Source of the DNA: an uncultured Desulfobacterales bacterium
Lineage (GTDB): Bacteria; Desulfobacterota; Desulfobacteria; Desulfobacterales; B30-G6
Assembly (NCBI GenBank): GCA_964452555.1
Contig: CAYVMI010000024.1
Span: forward strand, 11,250 to 75,249
DNA length: 64,000 nucleotides
Direction: 5' to 3'
In this document: positions 36,967-46,485 of the stretch, one piece after another
Position numbering within the stretch: the first letter of the stretch is position 1
Layout: each line of letters opens with the position of its first letter
Made by a program: the position numbers and the translations under genes
The notes under the pieces: generated by a model
Seen by the model: the letters and a program-made list of their open reading frames with translations, nothing else
Database searches by the model: none
What the model was told of the DNA's origin: nothing

Positions 36967-39372
36967 TCATGCGACGATTTTATTTAACTCAGCGTGGACG
37001 GCGTAGCCGATTTTCTTGAGGGTATATGGTTTGCGGATATAGGCACCGGCACCAAGCCTCTGGGTTTCCTTGACCCGTTCGGTTTCAGAGAAACCGCTGG
37101 CGATAACGGCCTTCTGATCAGAATTTACTTCCAATATTTTCCGATACGTTTCCAGGCCATCCATTCCCGGACCCAATATCATGTCCAAAACCAATAAATC
37201 AAATAGATCCCCATTTTTGATACAATCCACCGCAGCTTCACCGGTGGAAACGGCCTTGACTTGATATCCGAAGACTTCCAGCATTTTGGAGGCGATTTCA
37301 CGCTGCTCCCGTACATCATCAATCACCAGGATTTTTTGTCCCCGGCTCATTAAATCATCCAGCGATAAATCCGAAACGGTTTCCTGATTCGTTTTCCTGG
37401 TGACAGGCAGATAAACCTTGATGGATGTCCCCTTATTCAATTCACTGAGAATATCAATATAGCCATTATGGTCCTTAACCGTCCCCCACACCACTGCCAT
37501 ACCCAATCCGGTGCCGCTGCGTCCCATGGATTTCTTGGTGTAAAACGGCTCGAAAATGCGCTCCAGATCCTCATCTGATATACCGATGCCGTTATCCGAT
37601 ATGGAAATGACGATATAATCACCTTCGGCCACATCATCGTAGCCCTGGATAGCGGTATCGACGTATTGGTTTTTAGTTTGAATAAGCAATTCGCCGCCAT
37701 CGGGCATGGCCTCGAGTGCATTGATGATCAGATTCATGATCGTTTTGGATAAATGTACCGGCGAACCCAGCATATTTAGGATCTCTGAATTTAGTTCGGT
37801 CCGGACGTGAACGGCTTTATGATAACTTTTTATTTTTTTAAACTCGGGACTCTCTAAAAAATCCTGGATCAGCGTATTAATATGGACTAGTTCAGTGACT
37901 TTAATGCCGCTGCGCGAAAGCGTCAGTAGGTCATTGACAATTGTTGCCGCCTTTTCGCCGGTTTTCTTAATTGTCAGGATTGGTTTGCGCAAAGGACTGG
38001 TGCGGGGAAGATCCAGCAGCATCAATTCCGGATAGCTGATGATACCGGATAAGATGTTGTTCAGATCATGTGCCACCCCGCCGGCCAGCAGACCAATGGC
38101 TTCCATTTTTTTGGCCCGGTGCAGTTTAGTCTCCAGCTCCAGACGCTCGGCTTCCGAATTGACCTTATCCTCAATTTCTTTTTTCAGCTTTTGGTTGGCC
38201 AATTCAAGATCGGCGGTCCTTTCGCGTACTTTTGCTGCCAGCTGACTGCGGGCCCTTTTAAGGCTCTTGATCTGGATGTCGATCGTTTGGGCCATGGAAT
38301 TGAGCGCTCTGAAAATGAGTTTGAATTCCTCGTAGTCATTCGCTGCAACCTCGATCGAATAGGTAATATCCTTCTGGATCTTGTTGGTTTCCCGGCGCGT
38401 GCGCACAAAGGCGGACATGATCCTGTATACATATAATGTTAGGCCCACAATGATAATTAAAAAAACCGAGATTGAAATGATTTGAATCGCCAACAGCCAT
38501 TTGCCTAATTGCCGGCGCCTCGCTTGGATTTGTTCCCGTTCTTGCTGGAACGTTTCCGCCTGTGCCAGCGAATTTTGGATCATTTGTTTGGAGATCGCAG
38601 CGAATTCGATCTCTCCCGTCAGGAGTACCGTAAAGGCTTTTTCAAACATTCTGCCGGTGATAAGCAGCTCCTCCACCAACAGCCCGTCCTGGGCATCCAA
38701 CGAGTAATCTTCGAAGGTATTAACCGAATCATAGAAATGCTTTATATTATCTTGAAACTCTTTTTTAAGTATGGAGGGCTGTTCAGTTACATTAAGTTTA
38801 TAAAAGATTGAAAAAACGTCCAGAAGCTGGTTCTGGATTGTGACGGCCGCATTGACGATTTCCAGTTCCGGTGCCGCCTTCACGGAACTGCGTTTAAATT
38901 CCTCACTTGTATCCCAATCCTGGGTGGTATGCCCGCGTCGCAACAAATTCTTTAAATAGACGATGTGATGTTCATGGATGTAGCGGACGCTTTCAACCAT
39001 GCTGGGCATTAAGTTACGAACAATATTGTGTTGATCTTCAATGCGCATATTCAAATCAAGCAAGGTATTAAAAAGCTTTGAACGCTGATCCAATAAAACC
39101 ATGTTTTCGCCGAAACCGATCTCACGGGCTTCGGTTTTGATATTCTGATATAAATTGATAACCTGAATGCCGGTATCCGGGTTATTTAAGGCAATCCTTT
39201 CCTTCAATACAGCCGCTGAAAATTCTTTTTCCAGACCCAGAATCTGATGATAGGTTGTGTCGGCCTTTTTTTCGATATAATTAAAATAAAGAGTCAACAG
39301 GTATAAACCGCTCAGTAAAACAATTGCGGTCATGAACATCTGAAGATTCGATTTGATCGACTTGAATTTCAT
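36967..39372 (-). CDS. Hybrid sensor histidine kinase/response regulator (membrane sensor, HisKA, HATPase, REC)
   Basis: H-box GGVAHDLNNILSGI, N/G boxes (NALEAM, DNGIGI, GTGLGMA) and a C-terminal REC (ILVIDD...DLLVLDMILPGMDG). Start set at ATG 39372. Confidence 0.85.
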   Translation of the reverse strand: MKFKSIKSNLQMFMTAIVLLSGLYLLTLYFNYIEKKADTTYHQILGLEKEFSAAVLKERIALNNPDTGIQVINLYQNIKTEAREIGFGENMVLLDQRSKLFNTLLDLNMRIEDQHNIVRNLMPSMVESVRYIHEHHIVYLKNLLRRGHTTQDWDTSEEFKRSSVKAAPELEIVNAAVTIQNQLLDVFSIFYKLNVTEQPSILKKEFQDNIKHFYDSVNTFEDYSLDAQDGLLVEELLITGRMFEKAFTVLLTGEIEFAAISKQMIQNSLAQAETFQQEREQIQARRRQLGKWLLAIQIISISVFLIIIVGLTLYVYRIMSAFVRTRRETNKIQKDITYSIEVAANDYEEFKLIFRALNSMAQTIDIQIKSLKRARSQLAAKVRERTADLELANQKLKKEIEDKVNSEAERLELETKLHRAKKMEAIGLLAGGVAHDLNNILSGIISYPELMLLDLPRTSPLRKPILTIKKTGEKAATIVNDLLTLSRSGIKVTELVHINTLIQDFLESPEFKKIKSYHKAVHVRTELNSEILNMLGSPVHLSKTIMNLIINALEAMPDGGELLIQTKNQYVDTAIQGYDDVAEGDYIVISISDNGIGISDEDLERIFEPFYTKKSMGRSGTGLGMAVVWGTVKDHNGYIDILSELNKGTSIKVYLPVTRKTNQETVSDLSLDDLMSRGQKILVIDDVREQREIASKMLEVFGYQVKAVSTGEAAVDCIKNGDLFDLLVLDMILGPGMDGLETYRKILEVNSDQKAVIASGFSETERVKETQRLGAGAYIRKPYTLKKIGYAVHAELNKIVA

Positions 39373-39377
39373 ATTGA

Positions 39378-40181
39378 TTATTGAGGTGTTTCCGTCTGAT
39401 ACCCCGCTTTGATCCAACCTCGCATACCAAACAACAGGCCATATACATTTTTATAGCCATACTTGGATAAAAATTGCATCGCAAATTTGTCACGGTTACC
39501 GGTTTCCGTAACCGTGACAACCAGGCCGTCTTTCGGTATCTGTTTTCTGACTTCGGCTTTTTGCAGATCGTCCAACAAACAGAAAATGAGGGGGCAGTCG
39601 CTTTGGATGATGGGCGGTCGCCGGACATCTTTTAACTGGTGTTCGGTTCTTAAGTCCAGCAAGGTTACATTCGGAATACCGGCCTCGTTTGTACAGGTAT
39701 CCTCCACCGGGGTTAATTTGGAGAGCACCTCTTTTGCGGTTAGAAATTGACTTTTATATTGCGGCAGAGGTTCCAGCGTTTCAATCTTGAATTCGGATTT
39801 TATCCAATCTTTTAAACCACCGTTATAGATCCGTATGTTTTTATACCCGTATTTCTTGGCGGCAACTGCCGTCTTGTAGGCAAATACTCACCGATAACCC
39901 ATTCAGTACATGACCAGCAATTTGTTCAGATCTTTACCTGCCCGCTGAATCGTATCCTCGAAGCGGCTCCAGGGAATATTGACTGAGCCTGGGATCGAAC
40001 TGTTGCGAAAAATAATTTCGTCCAGAGTATTGATGAGAGCAAATTCAAGCTGCCCCAGCTCCCTTTGGGCCAGCATATTTACCAATTCTTCGGTGGTCAC
40101 AATTTCAAAGCGTTCCAGGGCCATGGCCGAAAATCCGGAAAATATCAGTAACACGACAGATGCCAGGATAGCATTTTTCAT
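39378..40181 (-). CDS. Secreted tandem-rhodanese protein with two in-frame TGA codons in the first active-site loop (candidate selenoprotein, or a recent pseudogene)
   Basis: One frame is open from ATG 40181 to TAA 39378 apart from TGA at 39903-39905 and 39888-39890. It reads ..KLLVMY-TGA-MGYR-TGA-VFAYKTAVAAKKYGYKNIRIYNGGLKDW.., and the first TGA sits where rhodaneses carry the catalytic Cys. The N-terminus is a signal peptide. The second domain is Cys-less (TETGNRD). Confidence 0.5.
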
Positions 40182-40444
40182 GTATAGCTCCAGTTAATAT
40201 GGCTATCTATTGATTAAAATGAAGGGGTCGCTCTGAATTCAAATCAAATTTCAATAGATCAATTGCATTTGATTTGCAAGTTGTAACTGCTTCGGGCGGA
40301 GACAAATCTAATGCTTGGATTATTGCCGGACATCTAATCATTGTCTGATTTAATCCAGATGGCCAATCAGCCCTCCAGTTGCTTTTCGAACTTTGCCAGA
40401 TATTTTTTGGTTTCCACGAGGGTGGTAACCGATGGGAATTATAT

Positions 40445-42418
40445 CTAAGAGCTGGTATCCGTGATGATTTCCTGAATCTTTTGGGATAGGTTCTGGACAG
40501 TAAATGGCTTTTGGATAAATCCGTTGCAGCCCCGGGCCATAATCTCGGCAGCCTGACCGTCGAGCGTATACCCACTGGAAAGTATCACCGGAATTTCTGG
40601 CCGCACCCTGCGGATATGATCAAAGGTAAGACCACCGTCCATTTCCGGCATAATCATATCTAAAATTATCAAATCAATAGCGGTACCCTTATCCTGAACG
40701 ATCTCTATGGCCCTCAATCCACTCTCAGCCTTAAGAACGGAATAACCCAACTTTATGAGCATGGCGCCGGATACATCCAGTATCATTTGCTCATCATCAA
40801 TCAGCAGAATCGTCGCGCTTCCCTGCGTAATTTTCTGGGGTGCGGTATGGGTAGACGCCAGTTGTTTATCAGAAAGGGGAATGTAAATATTAAAAGTGGT
40901 ACCCTCATTAATCCGGCTGTCTACCGATATAATGCCGCCGTGATTTTTAATGATGCCATAGGCCGATGCCAGGCCCAAACCAGTTCCCGCGCTTTTATCT
41001 TTGGTGGTAAAAAAAGGATCGAATATCCGCTGTCGCGTTTCTCTATTCATGCCAATGCCGGTATCGGTCACCGATATTTTGGCAAATCGACCCACTTCGA
41101 GATTGTGAGCGCTACAAAGTTTTTCGTTCATCCTGACAGCCGATATTGCTAGAGATAGCTCACCGCCTGTCGGCATAGCCTGCCAGGCATTGACATATAG
41201 ATTCAATAAAACCTGTTCTATTTGCGATCGATCAGCTTCAACAACGATCAGGTCCGGTGCCGCCTTAATATGAATGCGGATCTCTTTACGGGTACGACCA
41301 AACATATTGGCACTGTCGGTCACCAATTGATTGAGTTCGATGGGTTTGACCTCATATTTGCCGCCACGCACAAAACCGAGCAATTGATTGGTCATATCCA
41401 CAGCGCTTTTAGTATAATCATGAATGGCCTGGATGTGCTCGTTTAGGGGTTCAGAGCCATCCACTTCGAGCGACATCAGGGATGCACGCCCCAGAATACC
41501 CATTAACAGATTATTGAAATTGTGGGCGATCCCGCCGGCAAGTGTCCCGATGGCTTCCATTTTATGGGCTTGTTTTAACTCGTTTTCCATCCGTTTTAAA
41601 TCGGTGATATCGGTGGCAATCTGCAAGCGTACCAGACGCCCGTCTGTCCATTCAATCGCCCGATCGTAATTGCTGTACCATTTGTCCGTAATCGGATTTT
41701 CTCCTTGCCAGATGTACACACCGGTTGGCCGGCCGGTTTCATCGATCAGGCGATCATTGGAGCAGTGGTCACAGGGTCCGGTTTCATTGCGGAATACCTG
41801 ATAGCAAATTCTGCCGGTCAAATCCTGACCAAACGAATCAATCATATGCTTATTCATGAAAAGAATTTCATAGGATTGCATATCAGCCACGTAAATCGTC
41901 GCGTCGATACTATCCAAAACAGTGAGAAATCGGACGTGTGACAACTTTAAGGCTTCTTGGGCGCGTTTGCGATCAGTTATATCAATGATAACCCCTTCAG
42001 TATAACCTTTATCCGGATAGGCCGTGGCGCTCAATGCGATCTGAATCGTAGACCCATCTGAACACCGCATTTCGGTTTCAAATCCATCCACCTTGCTGTG
42101 CTTTTCGAGCATTGCCATGAGTTCGCTGCGCCGTATGGGATCAACATACTGCTTAGAGGTCACAAACTCCGTCACAAATTTTTCAACTGACTGATAACCC
42201 ATCATATTGGCTAATGTTCGATTGGCGGCCAGAAGTTTTCCATCATTGAGACGCGTGCGGTAAATCCCCACCATGGCCGTATCAAACAACTGGCGATATA
42301 GTTTTTCTTTGGCTTCGAGTCGCGCTAACTTTTTTAGCAATTCTGATTTAGTCGGTTCCGTCGTCATCCACTGATTCCTTAGCTGAATATCAATTGATTG
42401 CGTCTTGTAGCGAGCCAA
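40445..42418 (-). CDS. PAS-domain hybrid histidine kinase/response regulator
   Basis: Two PAS-like segments, H-box GGIAHNFNNLLMGI, HATPase (DTGIGM, GTGLGLA) and REC (ILLIDDE...DLIILDMIMPEMDG). The track start is TTG 42418; ATG 42367 is an alternative. Confidence 0.85.
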   Translation of the reverse strand: MARYKTQSIDIQLRNQWMTTEPTKSELLKKLARLEAKEKLYRQLFDTAMVGIYRTRLNDGKLLAANRTLANMMGYQSVEKFVTEFVTSKQYVDPIRRSELMAMLEKHSKVDGFETEMRCSDGSTIQIALSATAYPDKGYTEGVIIDITDRKRAQEALKLSHVRFLTVLDSIDATIYVADMQSYEILFMNKHMIDSFGQDLTGRICYQVFRNETGPCDHCSNDRLIDETGRPTGVYIWQGENPITDKWYSNYDRAIEWTDGRLVRLQIATDITDLKRMENELKQAHKMEAIGTLAGGIAHNFNNLLMGILGRASLMSLEVDGSEPLNEHIQAIHDYTKSAVDMTNQLLGFVRGGKYEVKPIELNQLVTDSANMFGRTRKEIRIHIKAAPDLIVVEADRSQIEQVLLNLYVNAWQAMPTGGELSLAISAVRMNEKLCSAHNLEVGRFAKISVTDTGIGMNRETRQRIFDPFFTTKDKSAGTGLGLASAYGIIKNHGGIISVDSRINEGTTFNIYIPLSDKQLASTHTAPQKITQGSATILLIDDEQMILDVSGAMLIKLGYSVLKAESGLRAIEIVQDKGTAIDLIILDMIMPEMDGGLTFDHIRRVRPEIPVILSSGYTLDGQAAEIMARGCNGFIQKPFTVQNLSQKIQEIITDTSS

Positions 42419-42712
42419 ATGCGGCTTCTTCCTGGAATGCTATCTGGTTTAATTTATCAGGGACAGCGGCAATGAGTTCCGCAGGAGCTTCAACCTCCAA
42501 AGCATCCTTACAGGGAGCGACGGCCTGCTCCCACAGATCACCGCACTGTTTTATCCTAAGGGCTACTTCCTGCAGTCCGCTGTTGACATTGATATTAGCG
42601 GCTTCATGGGTATTTGTCTATTCCAAGCGAGTAATGCGGACAACAAGTACTGCGGAAACAGTGGTCTAGATATGGGCGCGATACCTGTAATTGTCGATGT
42701 CCGATTAATTAT

Positions 42713-45010
42713 TCACCCTTGCGCCAGTTCATTTTTCACGGCGAGGCCCAGTTCTTCCAATGTAATCGGTTTCTTGATGTACTGGCCCGCGCCCAGTCTC
42801 TGGGTCGCACGCACATCTTCGGTCTCTGCAAAACCACTGACGATTATGGCGCTTTGATTCGGATGTATCTTTTTTATGCGTTCATAAGTTTGACGGCCGT
42901 TGATTCCCGGATCCATGATCATATCCAGTAATATTAAATCCGCCTTATTATGCTTCATAAAATCGACGGCTTCCTCGCCACTGGCGGCAGTATTGGTATT
43001 ATAACCCAGGGTTTGCAGCATTCTGCTGGATATCTCCCGTTGGGTGTCCACATCATCCACAACCAGAATAGTTTCGCCGTTTCCTTTGAGATCCGCCAGC
43101 GGAGTGGCAGAATTTGTATTCAAAATCTGGTCCCGGGTAATGGGCAGGTATAAGTCAAACCTTGTTCCCTTATGATCGCTTTTAACATCGATGTAACCCT
43201 TGTGGTCCAGCATGATGTTCCAAACAACCGCCAAGCCCAGGCCGGTTCCGCTGCGTCCCATGAATTTTTTTGTATAGAAAGGCTCAAAGATCCGTTCAAG
43301 GTCCTCCGGGGATATGCCGGGACCGTCATCGGCAACGGTCAAAACCACATATTCACCCCGGCTGACATTGTCATACCCGCTTAAGGGCCTGTCCAGATAT
43401 TGGTTCTTGGTTTCAATACGGATTAGGCCGCTGACATCGGCTGCCTCCGCGGCATTTGAAACCAGATTCATCAGCACCTTGCTGAGATGAATTGCCGAAC
43501 CGTTGATGTTCATCAGATCCTTGCTGAGACCGGTTTTTACCTTGACGTTGGGGTGATACTGCTTCAGTTTATAATACTCCGGCGATCGTAGATAATTCTC
43601 CACGATATCGCTAATATTTAACGGTTCTCTGTTGATGGCCACACCCCTGGCCACGGTGAGCAGATCCTGAACAATGGCCGTGGCCCGGTGCCCGGACTCC
43701 TTGATGGTCTCGATCGGTTCCTTTAATTTGCTGTCTGCGGGCAAATCCATCAGAATAAGCTCCGGGTAGCTGACAATGCCGGACAATACGTTGTTCAAAT
43801 CATGGGCAACGCCGCCGGCCAAAAGCCCCAATGATTCCATTTTGTTGGATCTGGCCAGCTTCTCTTCACTCTCGCGCAGTACCCTCTCGGCTTGCTTCTG
43901 CTGGGTGATATCGCGGGTGACGCCTAATATGCTCGGCGGTTCATTTGCGTTTCCCGGTAAGATTCTCGCCATGTTACCGGTTTGGATCACCGAACCTCCT
44001 TTGCAGTATTGCTCCACCTCAAAATAGACCGGCTGAAATCCCTTGGGGTCATTGGACTCTGCCAGGGCCAGTTTCTCTGTAAATAGATTCATCACTTTTT
44101 CGAGCGAATCGGACGGCAGAACTTCCTCTAGTTTCTGCGCCATCGCCTCCGCCATTGTAAAACCCCGCATGCTGCGAACAGATGGACTGATATAGGTAAA
44201 CTTCAACTGCATATCCATGGTCCATATAATGTCGGCCACATTTTCAGCTATCAGACGATAGCGCCGCTCACTGTCTCTCAAGGCATCTTCCGTCTGCTTG
44301 CGTTCCGATACCTCCTGTTCCAGCTCGTTTTTTAAATCCACTAATCGCGAATGTTCCTTTTTCAAGATATTGGTCAGGTCTCTTTCCTTTTGCTGGGCCG
44401 ATAAGAGCCCCTTAACCAGTACAGCCACCGACATGGCTGCAACCGCATTCAACAGAATGAAACTGGCACCTGCCGTTATCATATGTTTGATACTGTCAAA
44501 AAAGACGAAATCCTGACCGAATGAACCTGTTTCCGTTAACCAACCGATAATAATTAATGTGATGGCATTGATGATAATGGCTGCCATGGCAGGCTTCAGT
44601 CCCATCAGGATTCCCACAAACACCGGAAAGGCAAAAAGCCAGGCCGGGCCACCACTGAGAATCCCCACGGAAAGGATAATAAAGACCCCCACCACATAAA
44701 AGATAAGCAAAGTTGCCGCAGCCCGTAATTCATAACTGGGTCTGCGCGCCAACATTATGCTGAGAGCATAAAACCATGCGGTAATATCAAAGATCATCAG
44801 TGTCCACAATTTCTGCTCAATCGCTAACAAAATTAGTGGTACGAGTGCCACCAACCCGATCAGCAGGCCTGAAAAAATAATTGTAAACAGAATACGGGCA
44901 CGCCAATAGGCAAGGCTGTTTTTTTCCAAAGCGCCTAAAGGAACCATCCGCTGCATGGCGAAGGTTTGGAACCTTTGGAAAAGAGATATGTTAATTTTAT
45001 TCAGAGGCAT
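42713..45010 (-). CDS. Membrane-anchored PAS hybrid histidine kinase/response regulator
   Basis: Polytopic N-terminus, PAS, H-box GGVAHDLNNVLSGI, HATPase and REC (ILVVDDV...DLILLDMIMDPGING). Confidence 0.85.
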   Translation of the reverse strand: MPLNKINISLFQRFQTFAMQRMVPLGALEKNSLAYWRARILFTIIFSGLLIGLVALVPLILLAIEQKLWTLMIFDITAWFYALSIMLARRPSYELRAAATLLIFYVVGVFIILSVGILSGGPAWLFAFPVFVGILMGLKPAMAAIIINAITLIIIGWLTETGSFGQDFVFFDSIKHMITAGASFILLNAVAAMSVAVLVKGLLSAQQKERDLTNILKKEHSRLVDLKNELEQEVSERKQTEDALRDSERRYRLIAENVADIIWTMDMQLKFTYISPSVRSMRGFTMAEAMAQKLEEVLPSDSLEKVMNLFTEKLALAESNDPKGFQPVYFEVEQYCKGGSVIQTGNMARILPGNANEPPSILGVTRDITQQKQAERVLRESEEKLARSNKMESLGLLAGGVAHDLNNVLSGIVSYPELILMDLPADSKLKEPIETIKESGHRATAIVQDLLTVARGVAINREPLNISDIVENYLRSPEYYKLKQYHPNVKVKTGLSKDLMNINGSAIHLSKVLMNLVSNAAEAADVSGLIRIETKNQYLDRPLSGYDNVSRGEYVVLTVADDGPGISPEDLERIFEPFYTKKFMGRSGTGLGLAVVWNIMLDHKGYIDVKSDHKGTRFDLYLPITRDQILNTNSATPLADLKGNGETILVVDDVDTQREISSRMLQTLGYNTNTAASGEEAVDFMKHNKADLILLDMIMDPGINGRQTYERIKKIHPNQSAIIVSGFAETEDVRATQRLGAGQYIKKPITLEELGLAVKNELAQG

Positions 45011-45341
45011 CGGTTTAATTTAATTTTTTATACGTTTTTCAATTTGAGCAAATGACAATAATAGTCATACGTTATCATTTCGGCAACTATTGAAAAAACC
45101 TTTACGTTTAAATTCGAATGGGGGGTCGTATGGTGCGTGGCCGTGATTGTATCGGCGCCAATACGATAAACAATTGAAATAATTTGTTATGCCATGATAA
45201 AAAAGGGTGGAGAGTGGAAATTGAGAATACCAATGTGCACATAAATTTGGAAAATCAAATGGTGGGCATATGCCATGCTTTGGCCACAGGCACGATCGCT
45301 GGAATTCAGATATGAACCATCCTGCCTTGTGAAGGCCTCGC

Positions 45342-45611
45342 TTAAGACAACCAAAGCAATCTCAGGAAAACTGTAAAAACCACAACCGAGATAATACAAA
45401 ATGCCAACAGGTTGGCGATCGCATTCTTGACCTGCCCGACATTGAATCGGTCTTTAATCTGACGGAGGATATCAACCGAAGCATTGATATAGAGCAAGAT
45501 AATACCGAAAAAAATACCGCGGGTGCCGAAAACTGCAGCAGCCAATCCCAGTATAAGCAGCAGGATGATAAAAATCGTCCAATCCCTCTTTGAAAACGAT
45601 TTAAGCTTCAT
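45342..45611 (-). CDS. Small membrane protein (hypothetical)
   Basis: ATG 45611 lies 1 nt after the upstream stop. Three hydrophobic helices. Confidence 0.4.
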   Translation of the reverse strand: MKLKSFSKRDWTIFIILLLILGLAAAVFGTRGIFFGIILLYINASVDILRQIKDRFNVGQVKNAIANLLAFCIISVVVFTVFLRLLWLS

Positions 45612-45612
45612 A

Positions 45613-45951
45613 TCACCTTTTAAATATCCTTTGCAGAAATAGCACGCCCAAATTTCCCAAAACAATCACCATAAATACCAAGACGATCACGAACCAGAAC
45701 CAAAAACAGATGCGCAACGCGGTTTCATAACCCACCTGGCTCCCAAATATAATTGCCAGAAGAAATAGAAAAATACCAAACCAGCCCATCACAAAGCCCA
45801 GGAGCTTAAAATATTCCCAGGTCGGATTCATTCGGCGATATATAGTGATGCCGCAATACGGGCATTGCCTGTATTTCTTAAGAAATAAATTTACTGTAAA
45901 CCGGACGCTCGACCAAATACCCATATGGTGATGACATGCTGGGCATCGCAT
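45613..45951 (-). CDS. Small zinc-ribbon plus transmembrane protein (hypothetical)
   Basis: MRCPACHH...QCPYCG followed by two hydrophobic helices. The start is ambiguous (track start 46041). Confidence 0.4.
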   Translation of the reverse strand: MRCPACHHHMGIWSSVRFTVNLFLKKYRQCPYCGITIYRRMNPTWEYFKLLGFVMGWFGIFLFLLAIIFGSQVGYETALRICFWFWFVIVLVFMVIVLGNLGVLFLQRIFKR

Positions 45952-46485
45952 AAAGGCGTTCTCCCGGACGCTGAGAATCATCGCTATCAGCAACACGCTG
46001 TACGCCCGTAACCATCCAGACTGCGAGCTATCTAAAAACAATTTAATTACTTATGGCTGCTTGGCAATGCGGTTCAAGATGCTCCTAAATAGTATGGACG
46101 TTTTGCTTTCTTTCTACCTCGCCCCATATCAGAGGACCAATTATTTATTTTGAGATGGGCTGTAATCAATAATATCAGACTTGACAGAGGACGACAAGGA
46201 AGGGAAGCACCGCCACTCATTTTCCTGCCGGGTTAAAGGCCGGGAAATGCATAGGCTGAAATCTTGAAATAAGACAGGTTCTAGCAGGTTCCGCCGGTGT
46301 CGGACCGCAGATTGAAGCGTACCCTGCAGCAAGACTTTCGGCGAGGAACACGGTTAAATCGAATGAGGCCTTCGAGTAAACGTCAGCCAAGCTGCTTGCC
46401 GAATTTGAACGCTCACCCGAGGTCCTCAAGTCACGCTGCTGACAGAATCTTCCCACATGAAGTTCGATCCATATTGATTCGCTCG

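Noticed and set aside
40207-40575. 122-aa ORF between the rhodanese and kinase genes.
   Set aside because: It overlaps the C-terminal receiver domain of the kinase in another frame, is Arg/Ser/Pro-rich and has no RBS.
42419-42712. Possible Hpt-domain gene in the gap between two hybrid kinases (minus-strand frame reading ..THEAAANINVNSGLQEVALRIKQCGDLWEQ..).
   Set aside because: The frame has no ATG/GTG start, and only a late TTG. The phospho-accepting His in an HxxKG context is absent. Restoring similarity needs a frameshift. At best it is a decayed remnant.
42650-42715. The frame of the 42713-45010 kinase stays open for ~50 codons past its TGA stop; considered as another selenocysteine read-through.
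   Set aside because: The extension has no similarity to anything. The receiver domain is already complete before the stop, and I saw no hairpin at SECIS distance.
46270-46400. Plus-strand resemblance to the ykkC/guanidine-I riboswitch core (CUAG..GGUUCCG, GGACCGCAG, ACACGG). Also an SRP-RNA-like AAGGAAGGGAAGCA at about 46195.
   Set aside because: Only the 5' boxes match my memory of the consensus. The conserved 3' GGGA-AAAAGCCCGGGAGA segment is missing, and no plus-strand gene lies downstream. The SRP-like string lacks the complementary half of helix 8. An Infernal scan is needed before any claim.
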